The position numbers and the translations under genes are program-made. Shown in pieces: positions 26,801-36,938 of a stretch of DNA of 45,689 nt. The notes under the pieces were generated by a model. That model searched no databases. It was not told the origin of the DNA and worked only from the letters and a program-made list of their open reading frames with translations. The stretch comes from Spirochaetia bacterium (GTDB lineage: Bacteria; Spirochaetota; Spirochaetia; Treponematales; Treponemataceae). The stretch is from NCBI GenBank assembly GCA_900770075.1, contig CAAGIZ010000208.1, positions 1-45,689 of the forward strand, written 5' to 3'. How positions within the stretch are numbered: the first letter of the stretch is position 1; each line of letters begins with the position of its first letter.

Positions 26801-26890
26801 AATAAAGAGATTTTACTGAAGGAAGAGGGTTGTTTCAAGATAAAGGGCGGGTAAATGCAGGGTAAAGGCAGAACCAAACAACAGTTCTTT

Positions 26891-28861
26891 TTACGAATTT
26901 GAATAGCCCTCAGGGCCCTTTACATCTTCAAAATCGGGTTTTTCATATTTTCCCCGGCGGACAAAACCTTCATCGTAATAGAAGGTAACGCTTTTTACGT
27001 TTGCCCTTACTTCATCTTTTTCATCCCGCACAAAGATTTTTACACCGGCATAGACCGTTCCCGAAACATAAACCTTGCCGATGTTTTTAAGTTCCCTCAG
27101 GTGGGCAAGAATCTCTTCGATTTCCTTATTGAATTCGTCGTTTTCTCGGCTGAGTTCATTTTTTCTCAGGTTAAACCTCTTCAGGCTTTCTTCTTTTTCG
27201 GCAGGCAAAACCCTGCGCACCTTTTTTGTATTTTCAAGAGTCTGTATGTTAAGTTCCAGTTCATCCAGTTCTTTGAGCGCCTTCTCCTGCATTTCCCGCA
27301 GATCTTCAAGCCTGTGCTTTGCCCGCGGGTCGATGCCAACTTCGATGACAGTTTCCGTACCTCCACCGGCAGAACCGATATTCTTTGCCAGAACGGTTTC
27401 CGTTGCAAAAAGATGACCGCCCGTAATCTGGGCACGCTTTCCCTGAAGGATTATCCTGTGCTGGGCCGAAACTTCGCAGTTCATTATGGAATCCTGAACG
27501 ATTACGTTTTCTTCAACCTCCACCCTTGAGTTCTGTATGAATTTTGCCCAAAGAGAGCCGCCGCAGAGAATTTTACATTCATCCCTGCCCACTATTCCGT
27601 GGCTTACGATTATATCACCGTCGCTTTCCAGAGTGCTGGCTCCCACTTCTCCATTGACTTCGATATTTCCGCTGGCCTTTACATTGTATCCGTCTTCTAC
27701 GTTTCCGTTCACGATTACAGTGCCCAGGAACGTTATGTTTCCTGATTTGATGTTTACCCCGTCTATTTCCATAATCGGTTCAACATTTATTTTATCGTTT
27801 ATAAGAAGAACCTGTCCGTTGCAGGCAGCAAGGATTGTCCTTCCGTCGGAATCCAGAGTAACGTTTTTACCGAGAGGGAGATTGATATCTTTTCCGTTTT
27901 TTGCTTCAAGATAGCGTCCGAAAAGGGTTTTACCAGACTTACCCCGTTCAGGCAACATTTTTTGGGCAAGGGGCTGACCTTCGACAACGTTCTGGATAAG
28001 GTTGAGTTCCTTAAAATCGACTTGTCCATTGGCAGCCTCTTTTGCCCGCATTTTTGAACGGTCGGTTTCAAAATTATAGGCGATGTAGGCATCCCTTCCG
28101 TCTACAGGAAGCACAGCCTCCGCTACGACAACAGGAACGTTATAGGAAGGCCTGTCCACAAGAGCTTCAATTTTTTCGTCAGAAATTCCGGCAACCACTC
28201 CCTGTCCTTTCAGGGCTGTTTCTATCTGGCTGTGGCTTACATCAGCACCGCCCAAAGCCGGAGGATTTATGGTACAAGTTGCCTTGAGTTCGTCTTTTGA
28301 AATATCCACAACAAAAATTGCATCGGCCGCTGGATTTCTTGAATAATGACCGACAGTTTCGTAGACCCCGCCTGTTCCCTTTGCTGCAAATTTTTTTATA
28401 AGATTTTCGTCAAAATCCACAGTATCGGGGCGTTTTATGTCGTTTAAAATGTCCGCAAGATTTACAGGCTTACCTTCGCCCACAGGAAGATTGACCTTCA
28501 GGCAAATATCCGTTCCAAAGTGGTGCAGGAAAAACTCTCCGTCCCTGTCGATGTTTTCGATTTCTTCGTCCATGTCCATAAGACCGGATTTCTGAAGTTC
28601 CTTAAATTTAGCACTTTTGGCAACAGATTCGGCATTCTGATATACGGTTATGAACCAGGGTCTTTTTGCAATTCCAAAAAAACCGTCAAAACCTTTTTCT
28701 TTTACTTCATACTCCAGATTTGAAACTTTTGTATTCAGCTGAACGGCCGCATCGGCAAGGGCTTCATCGAGGGTATCAGCGTGAACTTCTACGCTCCTTA
28801 CGCTCTGATCCAGTTTTTGAAGTTCAGCCATGTCCAGCCGGATTTTATCAAGTGTTACCAT
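26891..28861 (-). CDS. FapA/DUF342 family protein with an N-terminal Jag_N-like domain
   Basis: EALADAA...EVKEKGFDGFFGIAK (Jag_N-like); VDFKELNLIQNV, GNITFLGTVIVNGNV beta-helix and a coiled coil; follows fliA. Confidence 0.8.
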   Translation of the reverse strand: MVTLDKIRLDMAELQKLDQSVRSVEVHADTLDEALADAAVQLNTKVSNLEYEVKEKGFDGFFGIAKRPWFITVYQNAESVAKSAKFKELQKSGLMDMDEEIENIDRDGEFFLHHFGTDICLKVNLPVGEGKPVNLADILNDIKRPDTVDFDENLIKKFAAKGTGGVYETVGHYSRNPAADAIFVVDISKDELKATCTINPPALGGADVSHSQIETALKGQGVVAGISDEKIEALVDRPSYNVPVVVAEAVLPVDGRDAYIAYNFETDRSKMRAKEAANGQVDFKELNLIQNVVEGQPLAQKMLPERGKSGKTLFGRYLEAKNGKDINLPLGKNVTLDSDGRTILAACNGQVLLINDKINVEPIMEIDGVNIKSGNITFLGTVIVNGNVEDGYNVKASGNIEVNGEVGASTLESDGDIIVSHGIVGRDECKILCGGSLWAKFIQNSRVEVEENVIVQDSIMNCEVSAQHRIILQGKRAQITGGHLFATETVLAKNIGSAGGGTETVIEVGIDPRAKHRLEDLREMQEKALKELDELELNIQTLENTKKVRRVLPAEKEESLKRFNLRKNELSRENDEFNKEIEEILAHLRELKNIGKVYVSGTVYAGVKIFVRDEKDEVRANVKSVTFYYDEGFVRRGKYEKPDFEDVKGPEGYSNS

Positions 28862-28888
28862 CCGAAACTCCTGAAAACCCGCCGGAAG

Positions 28889-29686
28889 CTAGATGATTCC
28901 CTTTCGGAAATTCGTAAGCTTTGCCCGAAGCCGGAGGTTTGCCTTTGTATGGAGCTGTGAAATTCTGGATTCGCTTACTTCAAGAACCTGTCCAATTTCC
29001 TTAAAAGTCAAGTCTTCGTGGTAGTAAAGGACAATGACCATCTTTTCTTTTTCCGGAAGTTCGTTTATTGCCTGCAATATTACCTTTTTTATTTCTTCAC
29101 GCTCAACCTGAACATCAGGATTAAGGATTGACGGAGCTTCTATGGTATCCCCTATGGAAAGGCGGTCGCTGTCGTCTCCAGAATTCCATACATCGTTCAG
29201 GGAAACTATGCTTGAGGCGCTGACCTTCATTATGGTCTGATGGTACTCTTCTTCCGAAAGGTTCATCTGCCTGGCAATCTCTGCATCCGTTGCAGTCCTT
29301 CCCAGCCTTGATTCCAGTTCGCTTATGGTTTCTTCGATTTCCCTTGATTTCTGCCGGACTGACCTCGGAACCCAGTCAAGTTGCCTCATTTCGTCAAAAA
29401 TCGCTCCGCGGATTCTCGTAACGGCATAGGTTTTAAACTTTACGCCCTTTTCTAGATCGTATTTATGGATAGCATCGAGGAGCCCGAACTGACCAAAACC
29501 TACAAGGTCGTCAAACTCCATGCTGGCAGGAAGACCTACAGAAACCTTACCGGCAACGTATTTTACAAGGGGCATATACTGCCTTATAAGCCTGTCGCGC
29601 AGTTGAGCAGATTTAGTCTTTTTGTATTCACTCCAGAGTTTATCCTCTTCTTCGCTGTTGATTACTAACGTCTGTTCTGTATTCAT
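28889..29686 (-). CDS. fliA: Flagellar sigma factor sigma-28 (FliA/WhiG)
   Basis: GLLDAI, KFKTYAVTRIRGAIFDEMRQLDWVPRSVR, LTFKEIGQVLEVSESRISQLH. Confidence 0.95.
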   Translation of the reverse strand: MNTEQTLVINSEEEDKLWSEYKKTKSAQLRDRLIRQYMPLVKYVAGKVSVGLPASMEFDDLVGFGQFGLLDAIHKYDLEKGVKFKTYAVTRIRGAIFDEMRQLDWVPRSVRQKSREIEETISELESRLGRTATDAEIARQMNLSEEEYHQTIMKVSASSIVSLNDVWNSGDDSDRLSIGDTIEAPSILNPDVQVEREEIKKVILQAINELPEKEKMVIVLYYHEDLTFKEIGQVLEVSESRISQLHTKANLRLRAKLTNFRKGII

Positions 29687-29777
29687 ATCTTCCTTATCTC
29701 TTATATATTAGTGTTTTTTTCAAAACTCTAAATAGAGCCTGCTTACGGAAACTCCGGAAACAAAGTTTTCAGGGTTC

Positions 29778-30545
29778 CTAATGCCGGTCTTTTTCCAGCA
29801 GGGTGCGGACAGCCTGAGCCATTATATCCGCATTCTGAGAACCAGGTTCTGCTCCGCCTGAAAAAGCATTTCCTCCAAAGCCGCTTCCCCTGACGGATGC
29901 AAAATCACTGTCTTTTATTATATCACCACTTAAATTATTTTTCACGCTGTCTGACAAATCTTCGATTTCGGGCAATTCGTCCACATCATCGATTGTCGAA
30001 CCGTCAGAAAAAACATTCACCTTGTTTGAAGAATCTCCCGCATTTGAAGGAATGTCTTTTGTAAGCGTAGAATCCTGCCGTTCAGCTTCAGGAGTTTTTG
30101 CAGAAATATCCTGTATTCCGGCCGGAACAAAGGCAGGAGAGGCTTCTTCTGCAGGAGCAGGATTTTGTTTTTCAGGAGAATTGTACTTGTGCAGTTCTTC
30201 CCCGGAAATTCCCTGACGGTTGTTTTCTACAAAGAATTTGGGACTTTCCTCTTCATCTTCCAGACCGTCATCGGAGATAACGATATTTACGTTGTCCCCA
30301 GATTTCTGCTTTGATTCCCTGTCAGATAAACCGTTTTCCCCTTCTAAAGCGATGTTTTTTGAATTTTCCGCCAGAAATTTGGCAAAAAGGAAGGATACCC
30401 CAAATGCAAGAGCAGTAAAGACAGCCGAAAAAATCAAAGACCGGGTAAAAACCGAAAGCAGGGGATTTTTTGCAGCTATTCCTATAAGAAATGACAAAAC
30501 AAAACCGCAAACAGCCGCATAACCGATGGACTTTTTGTTCATCAT
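29778..30545 (-). CDS. Hypothetical membrane protein (2 N-terminal TM helices, acidic disordered tail)
   Basis: ORF co-oriented between flhG and fliA; GGGAGG SD before the ATG-ATG at 30545; C-terminal MAQAVRTLL. Confidence 0.7.
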   Translation of the reverse strand: MMNKKSIGYAAVCGFVLSFLIGIAAKNPLLSVFTRSLIFSAVFTALAFGVSFLFAKFLAENSKNIALEGENGLSDRESKQKSGDNVNIVISDDGLEDEEESPKFFVENNRQGISGEELHKYNSPEKQNPAPAEEASPAFVPAGIQDISAKTPEAERQDSTLTKDIPSNAGDSSNKVNVFSDGSTIDDVDELPEIEDLSDSVKNNLSGDIIKDSDFASVRGSGFGGNAFSGGAEPGSQNADIMAQAVRTLLEKDRH

Positions 30546-30623
30546 ATCTCCTCCCACCTAAAAGATTAAGGCAAAAAAGCCACAAGGTCAAGTTTTTTAA
30601 ACCTGAGCACATCCACCGTCTCG

Positions 30624-30720
30624 CCGGCTTTCCGCCCTTCGCCGTCTTCCGCGGCTCATCCATAACAACGGCCCGAAAGCCGTTGTTATGGACTGCCTTG
30701 CAGGGGCTCCAATCCGGGCT
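30624..30720. repeat. Structured intergenic element, copy D
   Basis: CCGGCTTTCC-GCCC-TTC-GCCG(tcttccg)CGGC-TCA-[perfect 14-bp stem 30659-30692]-CTGC(ctt)GCAG-GGGC-TCCAATCCGGGCT. Confidence 0.8.
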
Positions 30721-30769
30721 AAGTCCGCCGGAAATAACGGCAAAGACCAGTCTTCCCTAGGGTTTCCTT

Positions 30770-31657
30770 TTACTTTTTCCTCAAAAATTTCTTTAGAAAG
30801 CCAGAAACTCCGTCACTGGACTCAAAATCAGTCTTTTCAATCCGTCCGACGATGTGCTTTATGCACTGGGCAGGTTTTGAAGAAGGATTTACAATCATAA
30901 AAGGTTTCTGACGGATTACGGAAGCGGAAACTACAGAGTCATCATAAACAAAACCTATGTAATCCACCTTGTAATTTAAAAACTGTCCTACGATTGTGAT
31001 TATCCTGTCTGAAATTTTCTTGCCTTCTTCCGCAGAATGAACCCGGTTTACCAGAAGCTTTATGTTTATATTTCTATCCCCCAGTTCAGTCGTTATGATT
31101 TTTATCATTCCATAGGCATCCGTAATTGCAGTAGGCTCAGGAGTCGTAACCACATAAACCTCGTCAGCAGCGGCAACAAATTGAAGTACATTGTTTGCAA
31201 TTCCTGCCCCCGTGTCGATTATGATTATGTCGGCATTTCCAAGCTGGGCAAACTGTTTTGCAAAATAGTCCAGTTCTTCCACAGAAAGGTTTGCAATTTT
31301 TGAAAACCCGTTGGCTCCGGCTATAAATTTTATTCCCACCTCCGTGTCGAGGATTATCTCAGACATGGTGCGCTGCCTGTTTATCACCTGCATCAGGTTG
31401 TATTGAGGAACAACATTCAGAAGGACATTTACGTTTGCCATTCCCAAATCACCGTCTATGAGAATAACTTTCTTTCCAAGCTGGGCATAGGCAATCGCCA
31501 TATTGACTGCCATATTTGTCTTGCCGACGCCGCCCTTTCCGCTGGTAACCGCAATTATCCTGGTCTTGTGGGGTGAATTTGCAGGATTTTCTTCTTTTTG
31601 ATTCGATGAAAGCGTGTTTCCCATCAATTCACGCAATTCTTCAGCTTGATCTTCCAT
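30770..31657 (-). CDS. flhG: MinD-like ATPase FlhG/FleN
   Basis: N-terminal DQAEELR, SGKGGVGKT, DTGAG, TTPEPTAITDAY. Confidence 0.92.
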   Translation of the reverse strand: MEDQAEELRELMGNTLSSNQKEENPANSPHKTRIIAVTSGKGGVGKTNMAVNMAIAYAQLGKKVILIDGDLGMANVNVLLNVVPQYNLMQVINRQRTMSEIILDTEVGIKFIAGANGFSKIANLSVEELDYFAKQFAQLGNADIIIIDTGAGIANNVLQFVAAADEVYVVTTPEPTAITDAYGMIKIITTELGDRNINIKLLVNRVHSAEEGKKISDRIITIVGQFLNYKVDYIGFVYDDSVVSASVIRQKPFMIVNPSSKPAQCIKHIVGRIEKTDFESSDGVSGFLKKFLRKK

Positions 31658-31659
31658 AA

Positions 31660-32862
31660 TTAGTCATCCTCCGGAAACATGTCATCTATATGTACTTTAC
31701 TAACCGTAAAATCTGTAAGCTTGTATAAAAATTCCCTGACAGAGGCCTTTTTTATATCGTTGGGAACCTTTTGTCCGTCAGTTATGTAGGCAATTGTCTT
31801 ATTCGCCTCGTGCAGAACGCTGAGCACATTTCCGTAAGAGGTGGTTTCATCGCATTTCGTAATTATAACTGAGTTAAAGTTGAACAGGGAAAAATTTTCT
31901 ATGGTTTTAACCAAATCCCTTGCCTTAGTAGAAGCAGAAACTACGAGGTAAGTGTCCAGAGATACCCCCGGCAAATTGAGTATGTTGCGCATTTTTGCAA
32001 TGTTGTCGTAGTCGTTGGGACTGAATCCAGAGGTATCTATAAAGATATAGTCTGCCGTATCCTTACATTCCTGAAGGGTCATATTCAGGTCGTCCGGAGT
32101 TTCTGCCTTATCGACCCGCACGTGCATAAGTTCCCCGAATTTCCTCAACTGCGCTTCGGCACCGACTCTGGTGTGGTCAATGGTAATAAGGCGCACGTTC
32201 GGTAAAGCCTCCCCTTTTTTCCTTGCATCCAGAATCAGTTTTGCAGCCATCTTGCTGATTGTGGTGGTTTTTCCAAGACCGGTAGGTCCCACCAGAACTA
32301 TTATATGAGGGATTTTATAGTAAACTTCCGGTGCAATCTTTATGGACTGACCTATCCAGTCCATAACCTTCTCCTGAACAAGATTAAAGTCGTTCAAATC
32401 ATCAAGGGTTGATTCATTCATCAGCCGGGAAGAAACATAATTTATAAAACTGCGGGTAAATTCGTTGTCTTCAAGAAGCTTCTCCATCTTTGCAATGGAG
32501 GGGTGCTTTTTTTCCACAGAGGTCGTTTTCAAATCCTCAATCTGGCTGTTCATCTGAGCCATCATATCCGTAAGGGCACTGTACTGTTTTGCAACTATTT
32601 TAGAATAATCAACCCCTGAATTTTTGAGGATATTTTCTTTTACAGTGGAAAAGTTTTCCTGTTCCTGACGCTGCCGTTCCTTTACGACGTAGGAAATTTC
32701 GATAAGACTCTTTTGAAAAAGTCCCAGAAATCCCCCCTGAAGGACAGTCCTCTGATCGATTATCTGGTAATCGTTTCCGTAGTTCTGCCAGAGCCTCTCC
32801 TTTATTTCGCTGTAGGATTTTCCCCTTATGGTCAGTTTTGTCGGAGTATATTCGCTGTTCAC
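31660..32862 (-). CDS. flhF: SRP-family GTPase FlhF
   Basis: GGFLGLF, GPTGLGKTTT, DTSG, TKCDET, DGQKVPNDI; GTG start. Confidence 0.9.
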   Translation of the reverse strand: MNSEYTPTKLTIRGKSYSEIKERLWQNYGNDYQIIDQRTVLQGGFLGLFQKSLIEISYVVKERQRQEQENFSTVKENILKNSGVDYSKIVAKQYSALTDMMAQMNSQIEDLKTTSVEKKHPSIAKMEKLLEDNEFTRSFINYVSSRLMNESTLDDLNDFNLVQEKVMDWIGQSIKIAPEVYYKIPHIIVLVGPTGLGKTTTISKMAAKLILDARKKGEALPNVRLITIDHTRVGAEAQLRKFGELMHVRVDKAETPDDLNMTLQECKDTADYIFIDTSGFSPNDYDNIAKMRNILNLPGVSLDTYLVVSASTKARDLVKTIENFSLFNFNSVIITKCDETTSYGNVLSVLHEANKTIAYITDGQKVPNDIKKASVREFLYKLTDFTVSKVHIDDMFPEDD

Positions 32863-34986
32863 CTATTCTATGTCTCCTAAAATTTCAAGATTTATCGAAC
32901 TGCCTGCCGCCAGGACTTCATTAAGCGAGATAACTACTGTTCCGGGCAGTTCCCGTTCAATCAGGTTATGCACCAGCTGCCTGACCTCCGGAGTCGGAGC
33001 CAGAATGACAGGGAAGATATTTCTGTCCCGAAGAGCCGCAATGCTGGAACTTACGGAACTGATGAATTTCCTGAAATCCACCTGATCAAAGGCAACATTC
33101 GGTGCCGAACCGTCATTCATGTCCACTACATTTGCAATGATTTTCTCAGACCAAGCCTGACTAAGCTGAACAACGGAAAGTTTTTTCTGTTCATCGTTTG
33201 GATCAACGTACTGAAGGCATATCTGCATGCCTAAAGCTTCCCTAACTTTTTCGATAAGAAGATAATGGGAGTGCACCATGCCACCATAATTTGCCAGAGT
33301 TTCCAAAATCGTAACTATATTTCTTATGGAAACGTTTTCCCTTAAAAGCCCCTGAAGAATTTTTTCTATTTCTCCGTAGGTGTACTTATAGGTATCCATA
33401 ACTTCTTCAACAACTACAGGATTTGTTTCCTTAATTTTGGTGATTATTGCGCTTACTTCCTGCCTTCCGAGAATTTCCGCAGCGTGACGGCGGATGATTT
33501 CTGTTATGTGGGTTGCGATTATGGAAGGAGGGTCAATTACAGAATAGCCTTTTCTTTCTGCTTCCAGCCGGTGTTCTTCACTTACCCATATTGCAGGGAG
33601 CCCGAAGGCTGGGTCTTTTGTTGGTTCACCGTTGATTTTTTCCATTACGGAACCGGTATCAAGGCACATGTAATAGCCAATCTTTATCTTTGCCCGACCG
33701 GCCTCTATCCCGCGGATTTTAAAACAGTATTCCTGAGGATCCAGCGTAAGGTTATCGATAATTCTTATTCTTGGAACCACAAGCCCCAGATCCACGGCAG
33801 CTTCCCGGCGAATTCTCGTTATCCGTTCAAGGAGTTCTGCACCTTTTTCTTTATTTACAAGGTCGATTAAGGCCACACCTATTTCAAGACAGAGAGGATC
33901 CAAAGGCACCACAGGGCTTATTTCCTCAGGAGCTGCGGACTGTTTTTTTGCTTTTGCAGCAGCTTCTTCTTCCATTTTTTTTGCAAAAGACAGTTTTTCT
34001 TTTTTCTGAATGGAATAGCCGAAGTATATGAGCGCACCGCCAAAGAGTATAAGCAGAACCACAAGAAAAGGCGACGTATGGAAGATGAGTGCCATGGCCA
34101 TAAGGATTCCGCCGGAGATGGTGAATACAGACCCGCTGATGCTGAACTGCTTTTTTATTTCCTCTCCTAAAACTTCGTTAGAATTGCTTCCTGTTACAAG
34201 GACTGCCGTAGCAACTGAAAGTATCAGCGAAGGAAGCTGACTTAAAAGACCGTCTCCTATTGTAAGCATTGGAAATGTTGCAATGGCAGAACTAAAATCC
34301 ATACCATGTTTGATTACAGCATACAAAATTCCGCCTACCAGGTTTATGGCTGTGATAAAAATACCTGCCTTTACGTTTCCGCTTACAAACTTTGAGGAAC
34401 CGTCCATTGTAGAGTAAAAGTCACACTCCCTCTGAATGTCGGCCTTTTTTTGCCGTGCCTGTTCATCGGTAATGGAACCGGAATTCAGTTCTGAATCCAC
34501 TGCAAACATCTTTGAGTTCATGGAATCGAGGGCAAAACGGGCCTGAACTTCTGTAACCCGTCCGGCACCTTTCGTGATTACGATTACCTGAATTATTATG
34601 ATTATCAGAAAGATTATGAAACCTATGGCAGGCTGCCCTTGTGCGACTACATTTGCAAAGGATTTTATCATGGTTCCCTCAAAACTATCAAAGCCCACAT
34701 GACCGTATCTGAGAATATATCTGGTTGAACAGACGTTAAGAGCAAGACCGAACACTGTTGCAAAAAGAATAACCCTGGGAAAAGAGGAAAGTTTTGACGC
34801 TTTTGGAGTGTATAAAACCACAAGAAAGATTATCAGGGAAATGGATATATTTAAAATCATCAGAAAATCCAGAACCCCGCCGGTTACTGGTATGAGGAGC
34901 ATAAAGACAATGAAAATTCCAAAAACAGCGGCAAGAGAATTCGATACTTTTGTCCTGTTTAAAAATTCAGTTAAACGGTTAGCCAC
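32863..34986 (-). CDS. flhA: Flagellar export gate FlhA
   Basis: ITKGAGRVTEVQARFALD, FYSTMDGSSKFV, GDGLLSQLPSL; GTG start. Confidence 0.95.
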   Translation of the reverse strand: MANRLTEFLNRTKVSNSLAAVFGIFIVFMLLIPVTGGVLDFLMILNISISLIIFLVVLYTPKASKLSSFPRVILFATVFGLALNVCSTRYILRYGHVGFDSFEGTMIKSFANVVAQGQPAIGFIIFLIIIIIQVIVITKGAGRVTEVQARFALDSMNSKMFAVDSELNSGSITDEQARQKKADIQRECDFYSTMDGSSKFVSGNVKAGIFITAINLVGGILYAVIKHGMDFSSAIATFPMLTIGDGLLSQLPSLILSVATAVLVTGSNSNEVLGEEIKKQFSISGSVFTISGGILMAMALIFHTSPFLVVLLILFGGALIYFGYSIQKKEKLSFAKKMEEEAAAKAKKQSAAPEEISPVVPLDPLCLEIGVALIDLVNKEKGAELLERITRIRREAAVDLGLVVPRIRIIDNLTLDPQEYCFKIRGIEAGRAKIKIGYYMCLDTGSVMEKINGEPTKDPAFGLPAIWVSEEHRLEAERKGYSVIDPPSIIATHITEIIRRHAAEILGRQEVSAIITKIKETNPVVVEEVMDTYKYTYGEIEKILQGLLRENVSIRNIVTILETLANYGGMVHSHYLLIEKVREALGMQICLQYVDPNDEQKKLSVVQLSQAWSEKIIANVVDMNDGSAPNVAFDQVDFRKFISSVSSSIAALRDRNIFPVILAPTPEVRQLVHNLIERELPGTVVISLNEVLAAGSSINLEILGDIE

Positions 34987-35007
34987 ATCCCACCCCTGGT
35001 AAACCTT

Positions 35008-36105
35008 CTACTTTTTTTTATTGAGATAACCTATCTGACTATAAACGATTGCAATCGCCTGTATATATATATCAGGTATTATATCACCAACTTCAACATT
35101 TGAATAGAGTGCCCGGGCAAGAGGAACGTTTTCTACCCGCGGAATTCCATTTTCGTCTGCCAGATCCCTGATTCTCTTTGCAATCAAATCCTCACCCTTT
35201 GCATTTACTACAGGACGGTCAGTTTTTGCCGCATCGTATTTCAGTGCAACTGAATAATGGGTTGGGTTTGTAATAACTACATCGCTTTCCGAAACCGCTT
35301 TAGGCAGATTCTGGGACAAAAGTTCCCTCTGAGCCTGCTGAAGTTTTCCCTTAACTTCCGGATCTCCTTCTTCTTCCTTAAATTCCTGCTTTACGTCCTG
35401 CTTCGTCATCTTCAACTGTTCCATAAATTCATGACGCTGCATAAAATAGTCAGGAATGGAAACAGCAAGAAAGATAACGGCACAGAAAGCAAGTATCTGA
35501 GCAGCACACCTGCCTACAAGACCAGCAGCCAGCCGTATGGAGCCGGTATTCAGCAGGGCAAGGATATCGGCAATATTCATTTTTATAACGATGACCGCCG
35601 TAATGACCACAGCCGTTATTTTTACCAGTGACTTTACCACATTGAGGGCACCGGCAGCAGAAAAAACGGTCTTTCTAAGGTACTGCCCGATTTTTGGAAC
35701 TATGTTGGAAAACTTGAATTGAATGGGCTCCAGGGAAAAAATAAATCCCCGGTTTTGAATAAGGTTTCCCGCAACCCCGGCAACCACACCGCAAAAAGAC
35801 AGCGGCAGCACCATCTTTGCAAAATTCTGAAGAAAAAACACAAAAAACTGAGATGCACTGACATTTTCCTCTGAACATCTGGAAAAATAAAACACCAGAA
35901 TCTGCTCGCACATCCTCAGACAGGAAGGTGCTGCAATTATCAGGACGATTACACACATAAGCATGACTATTGCACTGGTAAGTTCCTGACTCTTTGCCAC
36001 ACGGCCTTTTTTCCGTTCCCGCCTCAGCCTGGACTCTGTAGGGTCTTCTGTACGGCCTTCGTCTTCTGCTGCAAACCACTGAAGGTCAATCTGCTCAAAA
36101 CTCAT
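35008..36105 (-). CDS. flhB: Flagellar export switch protein FlhB
   Basis: RTEDPT, EGDPEVK, autocleavage motif TNPTH. Confidence 0.95.
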   Translation of the reverse strand: MSFEQIDLQWFAAEDEGRTEDPTESRLRRERKKGRVAKSQELTSAIVMLMCVIVLIIAAPSCLRMCEQILVFYFSRCSEENVSASQFFVFFLQNFAKMVLPLSFCGVVAGVAGNLIQNRGFIFSLEPIQFKFSNIVPKIGQYLRKTVFSAAGALNVVKSLVKITAVVITAVIVIKMNIADILALLNTGSIRLAAGLVGRCAAQILAFCAVIFLAVSIPDYFMQRHEFMEQLKMTKQDVKQEFKEEEGDPEVKGKLQQAQRELLSQNLPKAVSESDVVITNPTHYSVALKYDAAKTDRPVVNAKGEDLIAKRIRDLADENGIPRVENVPLARALYSNVEVGDIIPDIYIQAIAIVYSQIGYLNKKK

Positions 36106-36921
36106 CTAGTGCCCTCCCCCTGTTCCATAAAAGGCAAAAAGGTTCTCCAAGGCCTTAAAGCCCGACGCAAAGGACGAGATAAAATAATCGCAAAGGCTTC
36201 CCATAAGGCTCATTATTATGAAGAAGGAAAGCAAAATCAAAACAGGAAAACCTTCCGAAAGCAGGTTCATCTGCGGGGCTGCTTTTCCCAAAATTCCCGT
36301 AGTTATTGAAACGAGAATAAGGGTTCCCATAATAGGAAGGGCAATCACAAAGGCACAGGCAAAAAGCCGGGTAAGGGATCCCAGCATAAAGGAAATCATC
36401 TCCTGTCTTGAAGCGGCCATCACAAGATTAACGGCATTCAGGGCATCAAAACTTGCAGTAAGGGCCTTTCCAAAAAGCAGCTGAGCCCAATGCCCCTGCA
36501 GAAAAATCAGCATGGCTATAAGGTTAAAGAACTGTCCCATAAGCGGGTTTTCAACCTGACTGAGTGCATCGTAGACTTCAGAAGCAGAAAAGCCCATCTG
36601 AAAGGCAAAAAACTGACCGGCCGTACTGAAAGCACTGAAAATTATGCTGATGAAAAAACCGGTGATTATGCCGATCATTCCCTCTCCTGCAAGAAGAAGA
36701 ATGTAATCGATTGAAAAGGCTGCATCTTCGGAAATATAGGGAAGATAAAGTCCCGTGTCTATGTGTGGAAAAATCAGATAAGCCATGTAGCCTGCAAGAG
36801 AAATCTTTGCAATTCTGGAAATCGTCCGCATGGAAAAAAGAGGCATTGTCATCACCATTGCAAAACACCTGACGGCTGCCAGAAGATAAAACGGAGCCTG
36901 CCAGATAATTCTTTCAAGCAT
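36106..36921 (-). CDS. fliR: Flagellar export protein FliR
   Basis: AGQFFAFQMGF, KAAPQMNL; position between fliQ and flhB. Confidence 0.92.
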   Translation of the reverse strand: MLERIIWQAPFYLLAAVRCFAMVMTMPLFSMRTISRIAKISLAGYMAYLIFPHIDTGLYLPYISEDAAFSIDYILLLAGEGMIGIITGFFISIIFSAFSTAGQFFAFQMGFSASEVYDALSQVENPLMGQFFNLIAMLIFLQGHWAQLLFGKALTASFDALNAVNLVMAASRQEMISFMLGSLTRLFACAFVIALPIMGTLILVSITTGILGKAAPQMNLLSEGFPVLILLSFFIIMSLMGSLCDYFISSFASGFKALENLFAFYGTGGGH

Positions 36922-36938
36922 AGGACTTCACTCCACGT

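Noticed and set aside
30659..30692. Integron attC-like site (CATAAC...GTTATG)
   Set aside because: Only 34 bp, no extrahelical bases, no cassette array or integrase; it is the P3 arm of copy D.
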